DNA from: Planctomycetota bacterium
Lineage (GTDB): Bacteria; Planctomycetota; GCA-002687715; DRQF01
DNA length: 10,629 nucleotides
Direction: 5' to 3'
Assembly (NCBI GenBank): GCA_027001995.1
Contig: JALTLO010000121.1
Coordinates: 1-10,629, forward strand
Under the pieces are notes generated by a model. It made no database searches. It was not told the origin of the DNA and saw only the letters and a list, made by a program, of their open reading frames with translations. Below are positions 6,334-10,629 of this stretch, in pieces. Position 1 is the first letter of the stretch. Every line of letters starts with the position of its first letter. Made by a program: the position numbers and the translations under genes.

Positions 6334-7795
6334 ATGAACATTGTTGATGATCCGTGGATCCCTGTCCTTTGTGGAGACGGGCAGCGACAGGATGTCTCCT
6401 TGGGGGATGCTTTTAGACGCTGCCATGAAATCAAAGATCTGGTGGCACGACCAGTTGAGCGGGTGTCCATGTTGCGCCTATTGCTTTGCGTATCCTATGC
6501 GGCTCTCGAGGGACCTAAATCTCAGGATGACTGGAAGAATTGTCGACGTCGATTGTCAGAAGCGTCGCTTGACTATCTGAAAAAGTGGCACCATCGTTTC
6601 GAACTATATGGTGAGAGACCATTTCTCCAAGTGTCGGCTGGAGATATGAAACCTCTCGGTAATGCGACGTTGGACAAGCTCAGCTTTGACTTGGCCGCCG
6701 GAAACAATGCGACACTTTTCGACCACGGCGCGAATCCTAAAGGACGTTCTCAGACTGACGCCTGGACGATGAGAAATCTTCTTGCCTATCAGAGTTTTTC
6801 TCCGGGAGGCAAGATTGGCGAGAGCACATGGGGCGGGATGAAAACCGGGAGCACGAGCACCCATGCACCCTGCGTTGAAAAATCGATGTTGCAGACGATT
6901 CTCTCAGGTGACACTTTGTTTGAGACATTGTTGCTAAATCTCACTGATTGGGAGGGCCTTCTCACTCGGGGTGTGACAACGATTGGCCGACCCATTTGGG
7001 AGCTCGATTTAGACAGCCAATCGGGGGGGGAAGTCGAAGAACATTGCAACTCTCTGTTGGGCCGACTTGTCCCCAGGTCGAGGGCTATCATGATTGTCGA
7101 AGGAGATAGAGAAATGACTCTTGCGGCTGGGCACACTTACCCCAAGATCCCAGAGGGGATCGACCCTATGGCAACTGTCAAAATGAATGCAAAGACTGGT
7201 GACCTTCACTATCGCGCTGTTGATCTGACGAAGCAACCTTGGCGAAGCCTTGAGGCCATCTTGACGATGCGCGATGACGACCAAACGGGAGGGCCTTTGT
7301 GCCTGAGGAATCTCCGACAGTTCTCCGGAGAATTCTTTACTATCTGGACGGGTGGTCTCGCAGCTGACAAGGCGAAAGTGCTCGATCAGGCGGAATGGCT
7401 CTTGACGATTCCTCGCGCACTTTTGAGCGGCCCTAGTCTCAAAATGTACCGATTGGGGGTCACCTTCGCGGATAGCGCTTGTCAGAACCTCTGGGGCGCC
7501 GCCAAGGTCTACGAAAAAGCGCTTAAACAGAAGGGGAAGGCCAGTCAGGTTGTTCGGCAGGTCTTCTGGGCAACTATTGGACGACCAGCAACAGCTCCTA
7601 CTGCTGGCGGCAGCTTCCTCTCACCTCAAGTCAGACATGAGGACTTGGCAGAGGGTGGTTGTAAAGTCGTCTTGGGCGGCACTTGAAGAGGTTTGTTCGC
7701 GACAATCAGCGCGACAACTGCAGGCATTCTCCGCAGCGAAGCGACATTTGGCTAAGAAGGAAAAGACTCTCAAAGTGCAGGAAGAAGGGGCTTAA
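6334..7795 (+). CDS. cas8e: type I-E Cascade large subunit Cas8e (CasA/Cse1), interrupted by a one-base frameshift near 7568-7580
   Basis: RBS GGAGG. Motifs MNIVDDPWIPV, RFELYGERPFLQ, GNNATLFDH, LLLNL, GRPIWE and QPWRSL. Removing one base joins ...VRQVFW to QLLDDQQQLLL...CSRQSARQLQAF...EEGA* (stop 7793-7795, 1 nt before the cse2 ATG), giving about 486 aa. Confidence 0.93.
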
Positions 7796-7796
7796 T

Positions 7797-8351
7797 ATGA
7801 GTGTGAATCAAGATAACGAAATTCAAGATTGTCATGACATCGACAGGTTCCTGAATCTCGTGGCCGGAGCAGTTGCAAGGGATGACCGTGGGGTGCTCGC
7901 AGACTTACGATGCGGATTTGTTGAGCAAAGGGCATCGAAATGTTGGCCCCATATCGCTAATTTCTGTGACTTAAGAAACGACCTGGAAAGAAACGTCTGG
8001 GAGTTTGTGGCGGCAGGATCTGCCACGGTTTTGGGAACCAAGACCACAGGGAATATGGGCATGACTCTACGGAAAATTGCCTTGGGACAAGGCGGCAAGG
8101 ATGGTCTATCTTCTTTTGAACCTCGATTTCGTCGTATCCTCGGAGCCCGATCCGCGCAGGTAGTTTGTCAACTTCTTCGGGGAGTGATCCGAGCGGCGAA
8201 GGCTAAGTCCGTTGACATCAACTTTCGCACTCTGTATTGGGATCTGATCCATTGGAATCAAGAATCGAGAAAAGTGCGCGAATCGTGGGCGACTGCATTT
8301 TGGGCAGCCGAAAGAGAGGGGGAAAGTAGTGGCATTCATGCAGTTGAGTGA
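7797..8351 (+). CDS. cse2: type I-E Cascade small subunit Cse2/CasB (Cas11), 184 aa
   Basis: Motifs DDRGVLADLRCG, GNMGMTLRK, FEPRFRRIL, INFRTLYWDLIHW and VRESWATAFW. ATG 7797 follows GAAGAAGGGG. Position directly after cas8e. Confidence 0.92.
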   Translation: MSVNQDNEIQDCHDIDRFLNLVAGAVARDDRGVLADLRCGFVEQRASKCWPHIANFCDLRNDLERNVWEFVAAGSATVLGTKTTGNMGMTLRKIALGQGGKDGLSSFEPRFRRILGARSAQVVCQLLRGVIRAAKAKSVDINFRTLYWDLIHWNQESRKVRESWATAFWAAEREGESSGIHAVE

Positions 8352-8925
8352 AGGCGTGGTGGGATATCGTGAGCTGATTCGTTTCGGTGTCGTTGACAAC
8401 TACCATTGGCATAAGAAAATCTGGGAGCTCTTTCCCGAAATGCGGGATGAAGCAAGGGAGTTTTTGTATCGACTCGATTCTCGCAGAGATGGTGTGAAAT
8501 TGCTGTTGTTGTCTTCTTCGACACCGACTTTTCCTGATTGGGGAGAGTGGAGAAGTAAGGTCATTGACGGTGCCTTTCTTGAGCACGCTCAATATCAGTT
8601 TCAGTGTCGAGTTAATCCGACATTCAGAAGAAAATCTGATCGCCGTCGAATTGGTTTGACGCGAGAGCCAGAGATTGTTTCTTGGTTCGAGAGAAAGGCG
8701 GCGGCTGGAGGTTTCGAAGTTGCGCACCAAACTCTTGATGTCGCGGCGCCGCGAATAGAGACGTTTTCGCGAAAAGGTGTTTTAGGTCGGCATATTGCCG
8801 TTGATCTCTGTGGCCACTTAGAAGTTACAGATAGGAAGAAATTTATCGCTAACTTCACCAAGGGAGTTGGCCCAGCAAAGGCGTTTGGTTTTGGGCTCAT
8901 GATGCTCAAACCCACAATTTTCTAA
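8329..8925 (+). CDS. cas6e: crRNA-processing endoribonuclease Cas6e (CasE/Cse3)
   Basis: DNYHWHKKIWELFP (conserved His), FLYRLD, YQFQCRVNPT, WFERKAAAGGF and the C-terminal Gly-rich loop GVGPAKAFGFGLM. Start is GTG 8329 or ATG 8338. Confidence 0.95.
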   Translation: MAFMQLSEGVVGYRELIRFGVVDNYHWHKKIWELFPEMRDEAREFLYRLDSRRDGVKLLLLSSSTPTFPDWGEWRSKVIDGAFLEHAQYQFQCRVNPTFRRKSDRRRIGLTREPEIVSWFERKAAAGGFEVAHQTLDVAAPRIETFSRKGVLGRHIAVDLCGHLEVTDRKKFIANFTKGVGPAKAFGFGLMMLKPTIF

Positions 8926-8942
8926 TAGGAGAGGAGTCAGAC

Positions 8943-10070
8943 ATGAATCTTATTGAACTACATATCTTGCAATCGTTCCCAGTGACCTGCCTCAATCGCG
9001 ATGATTTGGGGTCGCCGAAGACTGCCGTCTTTGGCGGTTCAACGAGAGCTCGAGTTTCGAGCCAGAGTTGGAAAAGAGCGATTCGTACTTTGGCAAAAGA
9101 AGAAAGTGCAGATTTGTTTGGGGGCAACCGTAGTCGGTATGTGGTGCGAGAGTTGATTCAGTTGTTTTCGTCCTCAGAGTGCGAGGACGACTTGGCAGTC
9201 ACTCTTGGTGAGACCTGCGCCGATGCTATCGGCACCCTGGACGACAAGAATCCGCAGAAAGTTAAAACTCTCCTTTACTTCTCGCCCAACGAGTTCTTGT
9301 CTGTTGTGACGAAAGTCCTTGAACTCGGGGGAAAGAAAATTGCTGCGGACGTCATGAATGGCGATGCAAAAAGTCAGAAGAAGTCTCGCACCGAGCTTCA
9401 AAAGATTTGCAAGAATGCAACGAAGGCGTTGGCGAAGCAAGTGAAAGATGCCGCGGATATCGCATTCTTTGGCCGCATGGTCGCTGATGATGCAAGCTTG
9501 ACAGTAGAGGCCTCAGGGCTCTTCAGTCACGCACTTTCGACTCACAGCCAGAGTAACGATCTTGATTTCTTCTCGGCGGTAGACGATCTCAAAATCGGCG
9601 AAGAGGATGCTGGCGCAGGGCACATCGGAACTATTGAGTTCAATTCGGCCTGCTATTATCGGTATGTTGGTCTCAATTTGGACATGCTCTTTGATGATAT
9701 GCATTTGGGGCATTTTTCTGATGAAGAGAGGGGTGGCGTTCTGCGTACGTTCTTGAGATCGGCGATTCTGGCGATTCCAGATGCGCGCAAGAATTCGATG
9801 TTCGGCATGAATCCACCCCAACATGTTTTGGGGATTCGCCGTCGGGGACAACCCATTTCCTTGATAAACGCATTCGAGCGACCGATTCCTGCAACAGGGG
9901 GTGGCTATGTTGAGCCATCGATCAAGGCTTTGAAGGATCATTGGCAGGGAATGAAAACCGGGTACGATTTGGACGGGGCCATCACAGCTGAGTGCGAATT
10001 GCCGAGTTTGAATCTGAACTCCTTCATTGACGGACTTCTGGTGGGGGGTGTGCAATGCCCCAGTGCTTAG
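8943..10070 (+). CDS. cas7: type I-E Cascade backbone Cas7 (CasC/Cse4)
   Basis: IELHILQSFPVTCLNRDDLGSPKTAVFGGSTRARVSSQSWKRAIR, DIAFFGRMVA, HALSTH, DFFSAVDD, GAGHIG..EFNSACYYRY and SLINAFERP. Strong AGGAG RBS. Confidence 0.97.
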   Translation: MNLIELHILQSFPVTCLNRDDLGSPKTAVFGGSTRARVSSQSWKRAIRTLAKEESADLFGGNRSRYVVRELIQLFSSSECEDDLAVTLGETCADAIGTLDDKNPQKVKTLLYFSPNEFLSVVTKVLELGGKKIAADVMNGDAKSQKKSRTELQKICKNATKALAKQVKDAADIAFFGRMVADDASLTVEASGLFSHALSTHSQSNDLDFFSAVDDLKIGEEDAGAGHIGTIEFNSACYYRYVGLNLDMLFDDMHLGHFSDEERGGVLRTFLRSAILAIPDARKNSMFGMNPPQHVLGIRRRGQPISLINAFERPIPATGGGYVEPSIKALKDHWQGMKTGYDLDGAITAECELPSLNLNSFIDGLLVGGVQCPSA

Positions 10071-10629
10071 CGATGTATTTTGATTCTCCTCTTCAAAGTT
10101 GGGGTGCGAGTAGTCGCTTGACAGGTAGGCGAGCAGGAGAGGCACCGAGCCGGAGTGCTGTCTTGGGTTTGATTTGCGCGGCTCTTGGCTATGACCGCGC
10201 TGATATAGCAGGCTTAGAGCGAGTCAGAGATCTCTCTTTGACGGTTGTCGCCTTAAGCGTTAACCCGATGACCTTGAGTGACTTTCATACAGTGGGAGGT
10301 GGCTGGAAGGGAAAAGGTAACCCTTTGGCTTTTCCCCGCAAGGCGAACAAGGGGTTGGGAAGCACTGCAACTGATACGGTTCTAACAAAGCGCGAGTATC
10401 TTCAAGACTGCAAGTTCGGTGCGATTCTGCGAGGGGATGATGGTTTGATTGCCCAGGTCGGGGCTGCTCTTGTCGACCCCGTCTGGGGAGTCTGGCTTGG
10501 GAGGAAAAGCTGCGTCCCTTCTACTTTCGTCTTTCAAGGAATCCATGAAAGTGCAGACGTCTGCAGCGCACTACTGTTGGGGAGTGCATTGGGGGAGGGC
10601 GAGGGCTTTCGTTACTGGAGAAGTCATAC
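10055..10629 (+). CDS. cas5: type I-E Cascade Cas5e (CasD), 3'-truncated by the window edge (absent from the ORF track)
   Basis: My translation from ATG 10055 gives MPQCLAMYFDSPLQSWGASSR...PSRSAVLGLICAALGYDR...DFHTVGGG...TVLTKREYLQD...DPVWGVWLGRKSCVPS. The frame is open to the window end and overlaps cas7 by 16 nt. Confidence 0.95.
   Translation, partial: MPQCLAMYFDSPLQSWGASSRLTGRRAGEAPSRSAVLGLICAALGYDRADIAGLERVRDLSLTVVALSVNPMTLSDFHTVGGGWKGKGNPLAFPRKANKGLGSTATDTVLTKREYLQDCKFGAILRGDDGLIAQVGAALVDPVWGVWLGRKSCVPSTFVFQGIHESADVCSALLLGSALGEGEGFRYWRSH

Noticed and set aside
7550..7795. Separate 81-aa small gene between cas8e and cse2
   Set aside because: It is better explained as the frameshifted C-terminus of Cas8e. 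It has no RBS of its own and the sequence continues the Cas8e helical-bundle pattern.
7683..7796. N-terminal extension of cse2 from TTG 7683
   Set aside because: It overlaps the true cas8e C-terminal coding frame. ATG 7797 has an RBS and gives a normal Cse2 size.

Overview
The window has two blocks. Block 1 (1-3419) holds the 3' end of an upstream gene and a translationally coupled three-gene operon. The genes are a membrane PAP2-superfamily (PAP2_3/AUR1-like) phosphoesterase or phosphotransferase, a hypothetical protein resembling the winged-helix/helical part of STAND NTPases without the ATPase, and a signal-peptide protein of a style I associate with Planctomycetota that carries a degenerate zincin-like C-terminus. 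A ~290-bp hairpin- and palindrome-rich intergenic region follows. Block 2 (3709-10629) is a type I-E CRISPR-Cas operon in the order cas3-cas8e-cse2(cas11)-cas6e-cas7-cas5e. cas5e runs off the window and is missing from the ORF track. cas8e is split by a single extra base near 7568-7580, which is either a real lesion or a sequencing error. No cas1, cas2 or CRISPR array is visible. I see no clearly new system. The best leads are the cas8e frameshift, the structured region upstream of cas3 and the two degenerate-domain proteins. All family calls come from recognising motifs by eye, with no database search.
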